Shown here piece after piece: positions 1 to 11,691 of a DNA stretch of 64,000 nucleotides. The position numbers and the translations under genes were made by a program. This DNA is from Eledone cirrhosa. Its lineage: Eukaryota. The DNA is taken from positions 8,804,001 to 8,868,000 of the forward strand of contig OZ024757.1 in the NCBI GenBank assembly GCA_964016885.1, in the 5' to 3' direction. The notes under the pieces are model-generated. The model had not been told where the DNA came from, did not search any database, and saw only the letters and a list, made by a program, of their open reading frames with translations. Position 1 is the stretch's first letter; each line of letters starts with the position of its first letter.

Positions 1-199
1 TTTAGGACTAATGTTATTGTAGAACATCTTGTAGGAAAATGCAGCTGTGGACCTTCCTCAGTTGCCGTAGTTGGGTCAATAAGTCAATGAATGGTCTTTT
101 AATGTCTTTAGATTATTTTGATAAGGATGTCAATATCAGAAACTTTAAATTTAACAAGACGTTGAGAGTTTGTTACAATTAAAATGGTGGACATATTTA

Positions 200-219
200 T
201 TATTTAAATGCTTTTTGAC
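200..219 (-). CDS. Putative terminal coding exon of minus-strand micro-exon gene (phase 1, ...GQKAFK*)
   Basis: Minus strand ttttttatgttgagatAG|gt caa aaa gca ttt aaa TAA, with AATAAA overlapping the stop. In frame with exon 337-399 across a 117-nt intron. Confidence 0.5.
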
Positions 220-336
220 CTATCTCAACATAAAAAAACACAGGTATATATAACATATAAATGAATATGAAAGAATGACATAATACATTAAAATATACAA
301 TATATTTTATAAAAGTGAGTTTAAATTACAACTTAC

Positions 337-399
337 CTTCCATAGTTGTAAGCGCAAATATGGGAGAATCATAGACAAAGGAATCTGCGGAAGAATTGG
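337..399 (-). CDS. 63-nt phase-1 exon (S)NSSADSFVYDSPIFALTTME
   Basis: Acceptor tttttttcttattttAG and donor AG|GTAAGT. 63 nt with no stop. Flanks are homologous to the other exons. Confidence 0.75.
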
Positions 400-567
400 C
401 TAAAATAAGAAAAAAATAAAAATTAAATGAAGATATACGATTGAACAATAGGCACATAAGTATACATTCAAAACCCCACACAAATATAAATACATATATT
501 TATATGTAGAACACAGGGAGGTTATAGACGCAGTAGTAGAGCACTCGGTCCATGGACGAGTTCCTTT

Positions 568-748
568 GAAGTTAGTTCCACAACAGTTAATAAACCATTT
601 TCAAGGACAAGGATTTCACCTTGCAGATTTCAACTCGAGTGTATGGGCTATAGCCGAAGAACGGAAGCCTTCCGTTCTACGGCTATAACCCAGTTACTCG
701 AGTTGAAAATCCGCAAGGTAAAACCCGTGGCCTCTTAGAACTAACTTC
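568..748. mobile_element. Palindromic MITE-like element with a ~100-nt internal hairpin
   Basis: gaagttagttc (568) and gaactaacttc (738-748) form inverted ends. A near-perfect fold-back spans 619-718, centred on ggaa-gcc-ttcc. Confidence 0.6.
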
Positions 749-945
749 TATATATATACATATATATGGTTTCCAAAAGTCCCATTGTGGTGAATTAATT
801 CTTGAGGACAAGGAAATAAGGAAGGTGGATAACGAAGACTTTGGTGAAAGCAAATCCCCGCACAGCTGTTTGAGAGCTTAAAGGAGATCTAGGAGTAAGC
901 ACTAGAAGAGTTTTTGAAAATGTGAATGTTTAAATTATAACTTGC

Positions 946-1008
946 ACTGTGTATATGTACAGTCATTCACGAATGTATCATTGACCGGAGTCTCTACGTG
1001 AGGCTCGT
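946..1008 (-). CDS. 63-nt phase-1 exon (H)[20 protein letters not shown] with GC donor
   Basis: Acceptor ttcgttattttttccAG. Donor GCAAGTTATAATTTAAAC sits at the position homologous to GTAAGTTATAATTTAAAC in sister exons. Confidence 0.6.
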
Positions 1009-1043
1009 CTGGAAAAAATAACGAAGAATATAATAGCAAACCC

Positions 1044-1101
1044 CTCTCTCTCACTTTTTCATCTTTCCCTCTCTCTCTCATTCTCTCTCTCACTCTTTCT
1101 C

Positions 1102-1157
<56 letters not shown>

Positions 1158-1215
1158 CATACATACATACATACATACATACATACATACATACATACAT
1201 ACATACATACATACA

Positions 1216-1249
<34 letters not shown>
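1044..1249. repeat. Compound microsatellite (CT)n/(TA)n/(TACA)n
   Basis: Directly visible; explains the YVCM/YI ORFs. Confidence 0.95.
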
Positions 1250-1250
1250 G

Positions 1251-1638
1251 AATTAGAATTGGTGCTCTGAAATAGCGATATATATATAAATGTATATATA
1301 TAGTGTATTTTGCAATACACTGTATGCTTAATTAAAAGTATTTCGAAGACCTGACGCTATTGTTTTAGGGTTGTGACAGTCTCACTCACTTTAATTTTCA
1401 GCAAGCAGGGGAGATAAAGCTAACAGAGTCCTGTTTCGCACTTTTTGGTGCTTATCAAAGCTAACTACTCCGTCTGTTTGCAGAAAATCATGAATGTTTG
1501 ATTCTTATAGAATTCTAGTAATAATCAGGAACTGATTATACAGAGCGGTTGCCGGTCAAGCAGAAATTGAAAATTAGAATTGGTGCTCTGAAATAGCGAT
1601 ATATATATGAATGTATATATATATATATAGTGTATTTT
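1251..1638 (-). mobile_element. ~321-bp terminally redundant hammerhead-bearing element (retrozyme/Penelope pLTR-like)
   Basis: aattagaattggtgctctgaaatagcgat...gtgtatttt at 1251 is repeated at 1572. The element contains a hammerhead motif on the minus strand and is embedded in TA microsatellite. Confidence 0.6.
1401..1482 (-). ncRNA. Type I hammerhead ribozyme, U3-A8 core variant
   Basis: Minus strand: agct-TTGATAA-gcac caaaaa gtgc-GAAA-cag gact ctg-TT-agct. All three stems pair, and stem I extends through ggag/ctcc and gcaaacag/ctgcttgc. Confidence 0.7.
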
Positions 1639-1652
1639 ACATATATATATAT

Positions 1653-1863
1653 CGTTCCAACGGCTCTAAAGCAACTCCGAGAGCTGCTTGCGAGTGATCA
1701 GGAAGGAGACCGACTGGTTCCCATCAACAGCAGGATGTAGAGGAGCTGACACAGGCGATGAAGGGCGTTGGTGGACCTGGTTGGCTCTACGCACGTCAAG
1801 GCTTTGGGATCACTAGCTTAGGATGTTCCCGGCCCCATAGAGCAAAAGTAAGAAGAAGAAGAA
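1653..1863 (+). mobile_element. Probable 3' end of an RTE-like LINE with (AAG)n tail
   Basis: GC-richer island ending in aagtaagaagaagaagaa. It carries a degenerate EELTQ..DEGRWW motif resembling the RTE C-terminal A-x-DR-x-x-WR motif. Confidence 0.4.
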
Positions 1864-1974
1864 TTTATGCTTGCTCACACACACACACACACACACACAT
1901 CCTATTCCACTAAAAAAACAGGTCGAAGGAAATGGTCTCTCTTGGAGTCTTGTCTGCAAAAAAATACGAAAGAA

Positions 1975-2105
1975 AATAATTGTTTCTACTTTAGGCACAA
2001 GACCAGCAATTACCCAGTTCATTACTGGTACTTTATTTTATCGACCCCGTAAGGATGAAAGGCAAAGTCAACCTCGGCGGGATTTGAACTCAGATCGTAA
2101 TAATA
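1975..2105 (-). mobile_element. tRNA-derived SINE fragment with Nin/Deu-like core (Octopus-type)
   Basis: Minus strand has a B box (gagttcaaatcc) followed by gcctttcatccttacggggtcgataaaataaagtaccag. Homologous to 16485-16665. Confidence 0.75.
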
Positions 2106-2109
2106 ACAA

Positions 2110-3015
2110 TCCTATATGTGTGCCATGGGAGGTGATTTTGGTCGAGTTGAAGATCGGGCAGAAGGTGTTGTGGTTGTTTGAACCAACTAGAACCTTTTCT
2201 CTGGTTCACGCTTTCTATGCTATGCTTCTCTCACACAAATCTAAAACTTTTGAAATTAGAAGACAGTGGCCTGTGTAAATGTGGGAAGATTTGAACCATG
2301 AAACACTGGTCCTGATGAACAGAAATATATGGCTTAGAGTTCTGGCTGATACAGTGGGTGTTAGGTTGAAGGGGTTGAACAACGGCAAGTTTTATAATGG
2401 AGAACATTGCAAGTTTGATATAAGAAATACGACTAACACAAAATTGAAGGGCATCTGGGTGATCTCATTTAACATGGATGGCAAATCCCACTGCCCCCTT
2501 TTTTCCATCTTGTCTTGTGGTGAATGGAATAGATCTTGGTGAACACTGTGAAGTTAACTGTCCCTTGAGAGGGGAACAGCCATGAGGCATTCAACAGAAA
2601 TTCCAGGAAGTACTGTGATTTGTTTGAACTCTGTAGAACCTGCGAATGGGAGGCATCCTGTTTCCATGTAAAGAGAGGTGTCAGAGGATTTGTTGAAACC
2701 AGGGCTCTCTCGCTCCTCAGGGTACTTGGACTGGTGGCAAAGGAAAGGGAACACTCTGAGAAACACGAGGAAGCGAGTCATTACATCTGATTGAAATAAA
2801 TGGTGCTCTTGATGCATTGAGGTGGAACATCAGACTCAATTAAGATTGTGTTGTGCAGCAGGAGTTTCCTTGCCAACATCGGAGGGTGGACCTGAGTAAC
2901 TCTCGTGTCGCAGTAGAAGGGGCTGAAACACGTACAGAGTTACCTCACCACCTGATGAGACATCGACTCCTGTATTTGATGACGGGGTACAGCAACAAAT
3001 TCAGCTCAGAACTGA
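2110..3015 (-). mobile_element. Decayed APE-endonuclease region of an RTE-like LINE
   Basis: Disrupted minus-strand frames give ETGCLPFAGS, KGAVGFAIH, VSRISYIKL and LAVVQPLQPNT. Their order matches the APE motifs ETR, GVGFAI, SxRIxxLRL and IIxVYAPT. Confidence 0.5.
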
Positions 3016-3395
3016 GTATTTATATATTTGTACACACGCACATATATATATATATATATATGTGTGTGTTGTACACTTTACAAGGTGTTTTGAGTAAATT
3101 CAGTCACATGTCTACCGTATATGTATTTCTATTAATATTTTGCCCATCTCTCTTTGCTCTTTGCTTTTGTTGAAAGACAGCCTTAATATTTCGTCCATTC
3201 TTCAATGTATCTTGTGGGAAAGATGGTGGGATTCAAATGGATTTTATTTTAAACAATAAAGTTTATTCTGGTTTCTGTTAAGTCGTATTTCATATAATTT
3301 TTAATATTCTGGACTGAAGTAAGTCGTTATAAATTTAATGTTCAAAACCTATATTTATTTCTGAACAATTTAATAGTGTTTAAATTATAACTTAC

Positions 3396-3458
3396 GATTA
3401 GTAAAAATATCTTTATACTTGAGTGACTCATAAGTAGCAGACTCTCTGTAAAGCTTGT
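3396..3458 (-). CDS. 63-nt phase-1 exon (H)KLYRESATYESLKYKDIFTN
   Basis: Acceptor attgtttatttcttccAG and donor GTAAGTTATAATTTAAAC. The downstream intron is homologous to the one following array exon A. Confidence 0.75.
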
Positions 3459-3512
3459 CTGGAAGAAATAAACAATATAATAGCAACCGTACACACACAT
3501 ACATATGTATAT

Positions 3513-3860
3513 AGTCCTGACCAACCCAGAGGTCCGACGATCTTTTGATTCCAGAGTCTGGCTAGATCGATATAGATCGAACCTTGAGCTAACCAATAAC
3601 GAACCACGCACAGCTGTCGCTTATTTAATGGGCTTTCTCCTCGAGTGTCCCTCTGTCGCTTTTTTAATGGGCTTTCTCCGCGAGTGTCCCTCGGAAATCT
3701 CCCCCCTATTGGGAAATTTTCTTTTGTTTCCTTTTTTAGTCAGTTCCTTTGTTTTATTTTCTTTTCACGCGGAAATGCCCATTTGCACCGTCCTGTGCTG
3801 TCCTTAATGTTATACTTTGTGTCAACCCTTGTGGTTAATAAAGAAAACATTATTATTATT
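3513..3860 (+). mobile_element. Probable LINE 3' end with AATAAA and (ATT)n tail; internal 39-bp tandem duplication
   Basis: T-rich 3' UTR, then ggttAATAAAgaaaac-attattattatt. ctgtcgctt..gagtgtccct is duplicated at 3614 and 3653. Confidence 0.45.
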
Positions 3861-3881
3861 ACAATTATCATTATTATTATT

Positions 3882-4016
3882 CTTTGAGTCTCAGTCATTA
3901 ATGTTATTTAACTGGAAAGTTTGTTCAAATGAATATCAAGCCGCTACCTGCATCCTCAGACATTCAGGACGTATCAGAGGGTTCTTGCTGGTCCCAGCAA
4001 GCATGCTTTTTGAAGT
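3882..4016 (-). mobile_element. 5'-truncated 3' end of an R4/Dong-like (RLE-type) non-LTR retrotransposon in (TAA)n
   Basis: Minus strand translates [13 protein letters not shown], matching the LQKAxLLGTARIL C-terminal motif. It is flanked on both sides by TAA repeats, the known Dong target. Confidence 0.65.
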
Positions 4017-4021
4017 TATTA

Positions 4022-4345
<324 letters not shown>

Positions 4346-6173
4346 ATCCTTCCTCTACAGGTTCTTCCTTCAGTATATTACCAGAGTACTGAGTTGTGTA
4401 CCACCCCATCACTGTGTCTGATACAGTGGCCTGTGAGTGACATCCTTCCTCTCCAGGTTCATCCCTCAGTATATTACCAGAGTTCTGAGTTGTGAACCAC
4501 CCCATCACTGTGTCTGATACAGTGGACTGTGAGTAACATCCATCCTCTACAAGTTCTTTCCTCAGTATATTACCAGAGTAGTGTGTTGTGTACCACCCCA
4601 TCACTGTGTCTGATACAGTGTCTTGCGAGTGACAACCTTTCTCTACAGGTTCTTCCTTCAGTATAGTACCAGAGTACTGAGTTGTGTACCACCCCATCAC
4701 TGTGTCTGATACAGTGTCTTGCGAGTGACAACCTTCCTCTACAGGTTTTTCCTTCAGTATATTACCAGAGTACTGATTTGTGTACCACCCCATCACTGTG
4801 TCTGATACAGTGGACTGTGAGTGACATCGTCATCTACTAGTTCTTCCTTAAGTATATTACCAGAGTACTGAGTTGTGTACCACCCATCACTGTGTCTGAT
4901 GCAGTAGCCTGTGAGTGACCTCCTTCCACTACAGGTTTTTCCTTCAGTATATTACCAGAGTACTGAGTTGTATACCACCCATCACTGTGTCTGATGCAGT
5001 GGCCTGTGAGTGACAACCTTACTCTACAGGTTCTTCCTTCAGTATACTACCAGAGTACTGATTTGTGTACCACGCCATCATTGTATCTGATACAGTGGCC
5101 TGTGACTGACAACCTTCCAGTACAGGTTCTTCCCTCAGTATATTACCAGAGTACTGAATTGTGTACCACCCCATCACTGTGTCTGATACAGTGGCCTGTG
5201 CGTGACATCTTCCTCTAATAGTTCTTCCTTCAGTATATTACCAGAGTACTCAGTTGTGTACCACCCCATCACTGTGTGTGATACAGTGGCCTGTGAGTGA
5301 CATACTTACTCTACAGGTTCTTCCTTCAGTATATTACCAGAGTACTGAGTTGTGTACCACCCCATCACCGTGTGTGATACAGTGGCCTGTGAGTGACATA
5401 CTTACTCTACAGGTTCTTCCCTCAGTATATTACCAGAGAACTGAGTTGTGTACCACCCCATCAGTATCTGATACAGTGGCCTGTGAGTAACATCCTTCCT
5501 CTACAGGTTCTTCCTTCAGTATATTACCAGAGTACTGAGTTGTGTACCACCCCATCACTGTGTCTGATACAGTGGCCTGTGATTAACATCCTTCATCTAC
5601 AAGTTCTTCCTTAAGTATATTACCCGAGTACTGAATTGTGTACCCCAACATCATTGTGTCTGATAGTGGCCTGTGAGTAACCTCCTTCCACTACAGGTTC
5701 TTCCCTCAGTATACTACCAGAATACTGAGTTGTGTACCACCCCATCACTGTGTCTGATACAGTGGCCTGTGAGTGACATCTTCCTCTACAGGTTCTTCCT
5801 TCAGTATATTCCCATAGTACTGAGTTGTGTACCAACCGATCAGTGTATCTGATACAGTGGCCTGTGAGTGACATCCTTCCTCTACAGGTGCATCATTCAG
5901 TATATTACCAGAGTACTGAGTTGTGTACCATCCCATCACTGTGTGTGATACAGTGGCCTGTGAGTGACATACTTCCTCTACAGATTCTTCCTTCAGTATA
6001 TTACCAGCGTACTGAGTTGTGTACCACCCCATCAGTGTACCTGATGCAGTGGCTTGTGAGTGACATACTTCCTCTACATGTTCTTCCCTTAGTATATTAC
6101 CAGAGTACTGATTTGTGTACCACCCCACCACTGTGCCTGATACAGTGGCCTGTGAGTGACATCCTTCCTCTAC
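4346..6173. repeat. 96-bp minisatellite, ~19 copies
   Basis: Unit atccttcctctacaggttcttccttcagtatattaccagagtactgagttgtgtaccaccccatcactgtgtctgatacagtggcctgtgagtgac; period 96 (4346 to 4442). Confidence 0.95.
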
Positions 6174-6311
6174 ATTAGTTCCAGCATACACAATATGTAG
6201 ACTTTCATGTTTACAAATATATAATGTAATCTCGATTTGACATTAATGTTGAAACACGTGTCATAGTTTTCTGTACAGACTAATAGAAAGTGTGTTTGAA
6301 ATACAACTTAC

Positions 6312-6377
6312 GTTCTTTGGTGACAGTGTCTTTTTTTATGCCAGGCTCAGAGACAAGGTTCTCTACAGATAAAATAA
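6312..6377 (-). CDS. Exon B variant (66 nt) ILSVENLVSEPGIKKDTVTKE
   Basis: ttccatatttcttccAG | 66 nt | GTAAGT; phase 1-1. Confidence 0.65.
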
Positions 6378-6663
6378 CTGGAAGAAATATGGAAGAAAAT
6401 AATAGGAATGCAAGAAGCTTTTGTTGGGAAGAGTTTGTTATCAACTTGAAGAAATGGTAGAATAAGACGTCGTATTTTGAATTACCTAGACCCATTTATT
6501 TAAATATGGGCTGTCTGGAATTATGAGACAAATATGGTAGTTTCCATCTGTGCATAAAGAACAAATATATATGATGGGATAACCAAATTTGACATTAATG
6601 TTGAAACACGTGTCATAGTTCTCTGTACAGACTAATAGAAAGTGTGTTTGAAGTACAACTTAC

Positions 6664-6729
6664 GTTCTTTGGAGACAGAGTCTGTTTTCATGCCTGGCTG
6701 AGAGACAAGGTTCTCTACAGGTGAAATAA
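6664..6729 (-). CDS. Exon B variant ISPVENLVSQPGMKTDSVSKE
   Basis: Canonical acceptor and GTAAGT donor. Lies in a 352-bp local duplication shared with the previous exon. Confidence 0.65.
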
Positions 6730-7350
6730 CTGGAAGAAATATGGAAGAAAATAATAGGAATGCAAGAAGCTTTTCTTGGGAAGAGTTTGTTATCAATTTG
6801 AAGAAATGGTAGAATAAGACGTCGTATTTTGAATTACCTAGACCCATTTAGTTATATATGGGCTGTCTGGAATTATGAGACAAATATGGTAGTTTCCATA
6901 TGTGTATAAAGAACAAATATAAATGATGGGATAACCAAATATGTAGAGCAATAGCTGATCTAGTCATACGAGGATAAGGAGTATGAACAACGAAGGAAGA
7001 CCTGAAATAGTGAAGAAGTGTCCGAGGAAATTTTGTTAAAGATGAGAACTCTGATCTGTAAGATTATTCCATCTACCTCAAAGTATCTTGTGCAACATTC
7101 ATCTTCTCTTTTTAACCAGATATGTCATTCTTTCATAGATAACTCTGATAATAGCCTGAAAAAGTGTATCTTTACTTTTGACATCATTGTAATGTCTCTA
7201 AGGATCGAGGTCAATAAAATGTTTATACTTGATTATGTAGGGAGATTGTAATATAATATTCTTGACTGAAATAAGTAGTTATAAATTTACTGATCAACAC
7301 ATAAATAAGTTTCTGAATAATTAATAGATCATTATAAATGAATAACTTAC

Positions 7351-7410
7351 TCTTTTCAGAAAGTTTGGTGTTGAGTGTTGCACTTCGAGAAGACAAATAT
7401 GAAGCGTCAG
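7351..7410 (-). CDS. Exon A variant (60 nt) [19 protein letters not shown]
   Basis: ttttgtttatgttttctAG | 60 nt | GTAAGT; phase 1-1. Confidence 0.65.
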
Positions 7411-7579
7411 CTAGAAAACATAAACAAAATAATAGTAAAACTGTATGTATATATATACAAATTTATATTACAAATACAGAAAACAGTTATTAGATTCATT
7501 ATCTCTGATATACTGATAAATACACCAGGTCCGAACACAAAAAGAACCAAGTTACCATGTCCTTGCCAGATATATATAT

Positions 7580-7618
<39 letters not shown>

Positions 7619-8059
7619 ACCACGGCGTCTTAGCTCCGTAAATATACATTTACTACCAAATTTTCTCTAATCATGATAACAGTCGTTATAACTAAAATGT
7701 ATTCTTACATAGACACGCATACCGTGTGTGTACACAGAATCTCAGTCACACACGCACACACATGGTTCACACACTCAAAAAGCCACCAAACCAACGGACA
7801 GACACACACAAACTGTTACTCGTTAATGTTATATACAACCCAATATACATATATGTACAGATCAACATACGCAAAACACTAGCATGACTTCACTTATATA
7901 TATATACACACTATTTTATTCATCAGTTCCAGCATACACAATATGTAGACTTTCATGTTTACAAATATATATTGTAATCTCGATTTGACATTAATGTTGA
8001 AAGACGTGTCATATTTCTCTGTACAGACTAATATAATGTGTGTTTGAAATACAATTTTC

Positions 8060-8125
8060 GTTCTTTGGAGACATCGTCTGCTTTTATGCCTGGCTCAGCG
8101 ACAAGGTTCTCTAAAGGAGAAATAA
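8060..8125 (-). pseudogene. Exon B variant with destroyed donor (GAAAAT)
   Basis: Acceptor and frame are intact but GTAAGT is replaced by GAAAAT. The same lesion occurs at 12147, 15677, 19773, 25323 and 63449. Confidence 0.55.
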
Positions 8126-8747
8126 CTGGAAGAAATATGGAAGTAAATAATAGGAATGCAAGAAGATTTTCTTGGGAAGAGTTTGTAGTCAATTTGAAGA
8201 AATGGTAGAATAAGGCGTCGTATTTTGAATTAGCTAGACCCATTTAGTTAAATATGGGCTCTCTGGAATTATGAGACAAATATGGTAGTTTCCATCTGGG
8301 CATAAATAACAAATATATATGATGGGATAAACAAATATGTAGAGCAATAGCTGATCTAGTCATACGAGGATAAGGAGTATGAACAACGAAGGAAGACCTG
8401 AAATAGTGAAGAAGTGTCGGAGGTAATTTTGTTAAAGATGAGAACTCTGATCTGTGAGATTATTCCATCTACCTCAAAGTATCTTGTGCAACATTCATCT
8501 TCTCTTTTTAACCAGATATGTCATTCTTTCATAGATAACTCTGATAATAGCCTGAAAAAGTGTATCTTTACTTTTGACCTCATTGTAATGTCTCTAAGGA
8601 TCGAGGTCAATAAAATGTTTATCCTTGATTATGTTAGGGAGATTGTAATATAATATTCTTGACTGAAATAAGTAGTTATAAATTTACAGATCAAAACATA
8701 AATAAGTTTCTGAATAATTAATAGATAATTTTTAATTTATAACTTAC

Positions 8748-8807
8748 TCTCTTCAGAAAGTTTGGTCTTGAGTGTTGCACTTCGAGAAGACAAATATGAA
8801 GCGTCAG
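8748..8807 (-). CDS. Exon A variant [19 protein letters not shown]
   Basis: Canonical splice sites, 60 nt. Confidence 0.6.
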
Positions 8808-8965
8808 CTAGAAAACATAAACAAAATAATAGTAAAACTGCATGTATATATACAAATTTATATTACAAATACAGAAAACAGTTATTAGATTCATTATCTC
8901 TGATATACTGATAAATACACCAGGTCCGAACACAAAAAGAACCGAAGTTACCATGTCCTAACCAA

Positions 8966-9050
<85 letters not shown>

Positions 9051-9401
9051 TATAGGACCACGGCGTCTTAGCTCCGTAAATATACATTTACTAACAAATT
9101 TTCTCTAATCATGATGACAGTCGTTATAACTAATATTTATTCTTACATACAAACGCATACAGGATGTGCTGAGAGAACCCCACACTCACACACGCGCATA
9201 CAGGTCTCACTCACTCAATAAGTCACCAACGGACAAAGGCACACGAACTGTTACTCGATAATGTTATATACAACCCAATATACATATACATTAGCAAAAC
9301 ACCACCATGAAATTACTTATATATACACACTATTTTATTCATCAGTTCCAGCATACACAATATATAGACTTCCATGTCTACAAATATATAATATATGATG
9401 T

Positions 9402-9716
9402 AATTGGGCTACTCAGCCATTAATATGCATAAGGTAAGTATATACGTTCAATAATTTGGCAGGAAGGTATACGTTGCTGACGATAGCTAATAAGCTTGAA
9501 ACTAGTACAGCATTCCTTTGTGAGTGTTGAACAAACGAGCAACGATGGTTGCTAGACACTACGGTTTAATACGGGATGTTTGTTTACAAACAAACCAAGC
9601 ATTATAATAAATGTTCGGTTAATCCATATGTACATATATACATATGTGTGCCTGTATGTATATATATATACATACTACTGTACGTCTGTATACATGTATG
9701 TATGTACTTATACATA

Positions 9717-9720
<4 letters not shown>
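9402..9720 (+). mobile_element. Penelope pLTR/retrozyme-like element (monomer) with minimal hammerhead at 9464-9518
   Basis: CTGACGA at 9477, then tagct-aata-agctt, GAAA-CTAG-TA and a downstream AATAAA. Confidence 0.6.
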
Positions 9721-9777
<57 letters not shown>

Positions 9778-10195
9778 GTAAATGAAACTTTCAGTATCAC
9801 GGCGTCTTAGCTCCATAAATATACATTTACTACCAAATTTTCTATAATCATGATGACAGGGGTAATAACTAAAATTAATTCTTACATGCATACGCATAGA
9901 AAGTGTGCACAGAGAACCTCACACTCACACTCGCACACACATGGCTCACACACTCAAAAGGCCATCAAACCAACGGACAAACACACACGAACAGTTACTC
10001 GATAATGTTATATACAACCCAATATACATATGTGTATACATCAACATACGCAAAACACCAACATGACTTCACTTCTATATATATATATACACACACTATT
10101 TTATTGATCAGTTCCAGCATACACAATATATAGACTTCCATGTTTACAAATATATAATGTAATAAAAAAAGTACAATGCACCCGCTGTCCTTGCC

Positions 10196-10247
<52 letters not shown>

Positions 10248-10733
10248 GTATTTATATAAATAAAAACATTCAGGATCACGGCGTCCTACCTTCGTGAACA
10301 TACATTTACTACCAAGTTTTCTTTAATCATGATGACAATTGTTATGCCTAAAATGTATTTTTACATACACACGAATATGGAGTGTGCACACAGAACCTCA
10401 CACTCGCTCACGCGCACACAGTGCTCAAACACATCATTACACAAAACACACTGCAAAAGCCACCAACGGACAAACGCACACGAACAGTTACTCGATAATG
10501 TTATATACAACCCAATATACATATATGTATACAGCAACATACGCAAAACACCAGCATGACCTCACTTATATATATATATACACACTATTTTATTCATTAG
10601 TTCCAGCATACACAATATGTAGACTTTCATGTTTACAAATATATGATGTAATCTCGATTTGACATTAATGTTGAAACACGTGTCATAGTTCATTGTACAG
10701 ACTAATAGAAAGTGTGTTTGAAATAAAACTTAC

Positions 10734-10799
10734 GTTCTTTGGAGACAGTATCTGTTGTTATGCCTGGCTGGGAGACAAGGTTCTCTACAGGTGAAATAA
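10734..10799 (-). CDS. Exon B variant
   Basis: Canonical splice sites, 66 nt. Confidence 0.6.
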
Positions 10800-11420
10800 C
10801 TGGAAGAAATATGGAAGAAAATAATAGGAATACAAGAAGCTTTTCTTGGGAAGAGTTTGTTATCAATTTGAAGAAATGGTAGAATAAGACGTCGTATTTT
10901 TAATTACCTAGACCCATTTAGTTATATATGGGCTGTCTGGAATTATGAGACAAATATGGTAGTTTCCATATGTGCATAAAGAACAAATATAAATGATGGG
11001 ATAACCAAATATGTAGAGCAATAGCTGATCTAGTCATACGAGGATAAGGAGTATGAACAAGGAAGGAAGACCTGAAATAGTGAAGAAGTGTCGGAGGAAA
11101 TTTTGTTAAAGATGAGAACTCTGATCTGTAAGATTATTCCATCTACCTCAAAGTATCTTGTGCAACATTCATCTTCTCTTTTTAACCAGATATGTCATTC
11201 TTTCATAGATAACTCTGATAATAGCCTGAAAAAGTGTATCTTTACTTTTGACCTCATTGTAATGTCTCTAAGGATCGAGGTCAATAAAATGTTTATACTT
11301 GATTATGTAGGGAGATTGTAATATAATATTCTTGACTGAAATAAGTAGTTATAAATTTACTGATCAAAACATAAATAAGTTTCGGAATAATTAATAGATA
11401 ATTTTAAATTAATAACTTAC

Positions 11421-11480
11421 TCTTTTCAGAAAGTTTGGTGTTGAGTGTTGCACTTCGAGAAGACAAATATGAAGCGTCAG
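11421..11480 (-). CDS. Exon A variant
   Basis: Canonical splice sites, 60 nt. Confidence 0.6.
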
Positions 11481-11639
11481 CTAGAAAACATAAACAAAAT
11501 AATAGTAAAAAAGTATGTATACATATACAAATTTATATTACAAATACAGAAAACAGTTATTAGATTCATTATCTCTGATATACTGATAAATACACCAGGT
11601 CCGAACACAAAAAGAACCAAGTTACCATGTCCTTGCCAG

Positions 11640-11691
<52 letters not shown>

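Noticed and set aside
2890-3000. Possible hammerhead cores (ctgatga at 2952; gaaacacgta at 2925)
   Set aside because: The core halves are in the wrong arrangement for a type I fold and I could not build three consistent stems.
4346-6173. CRISPR array, RSS array (CACTGTG) or plus-strand exon array (ctacAG...GTGAGT)
   Set aside because: There are no unique spacers or cas genes and no nonamer at 12/23 spacing. The implied introns would be only 24 nt.
6730-7270. Reverse-transcriptase remnant in the unit spacer
   Set aside because: No RT motifs found by eye and the frames contain multiple stops. A translated HMM search would be needed to exclude this fully.
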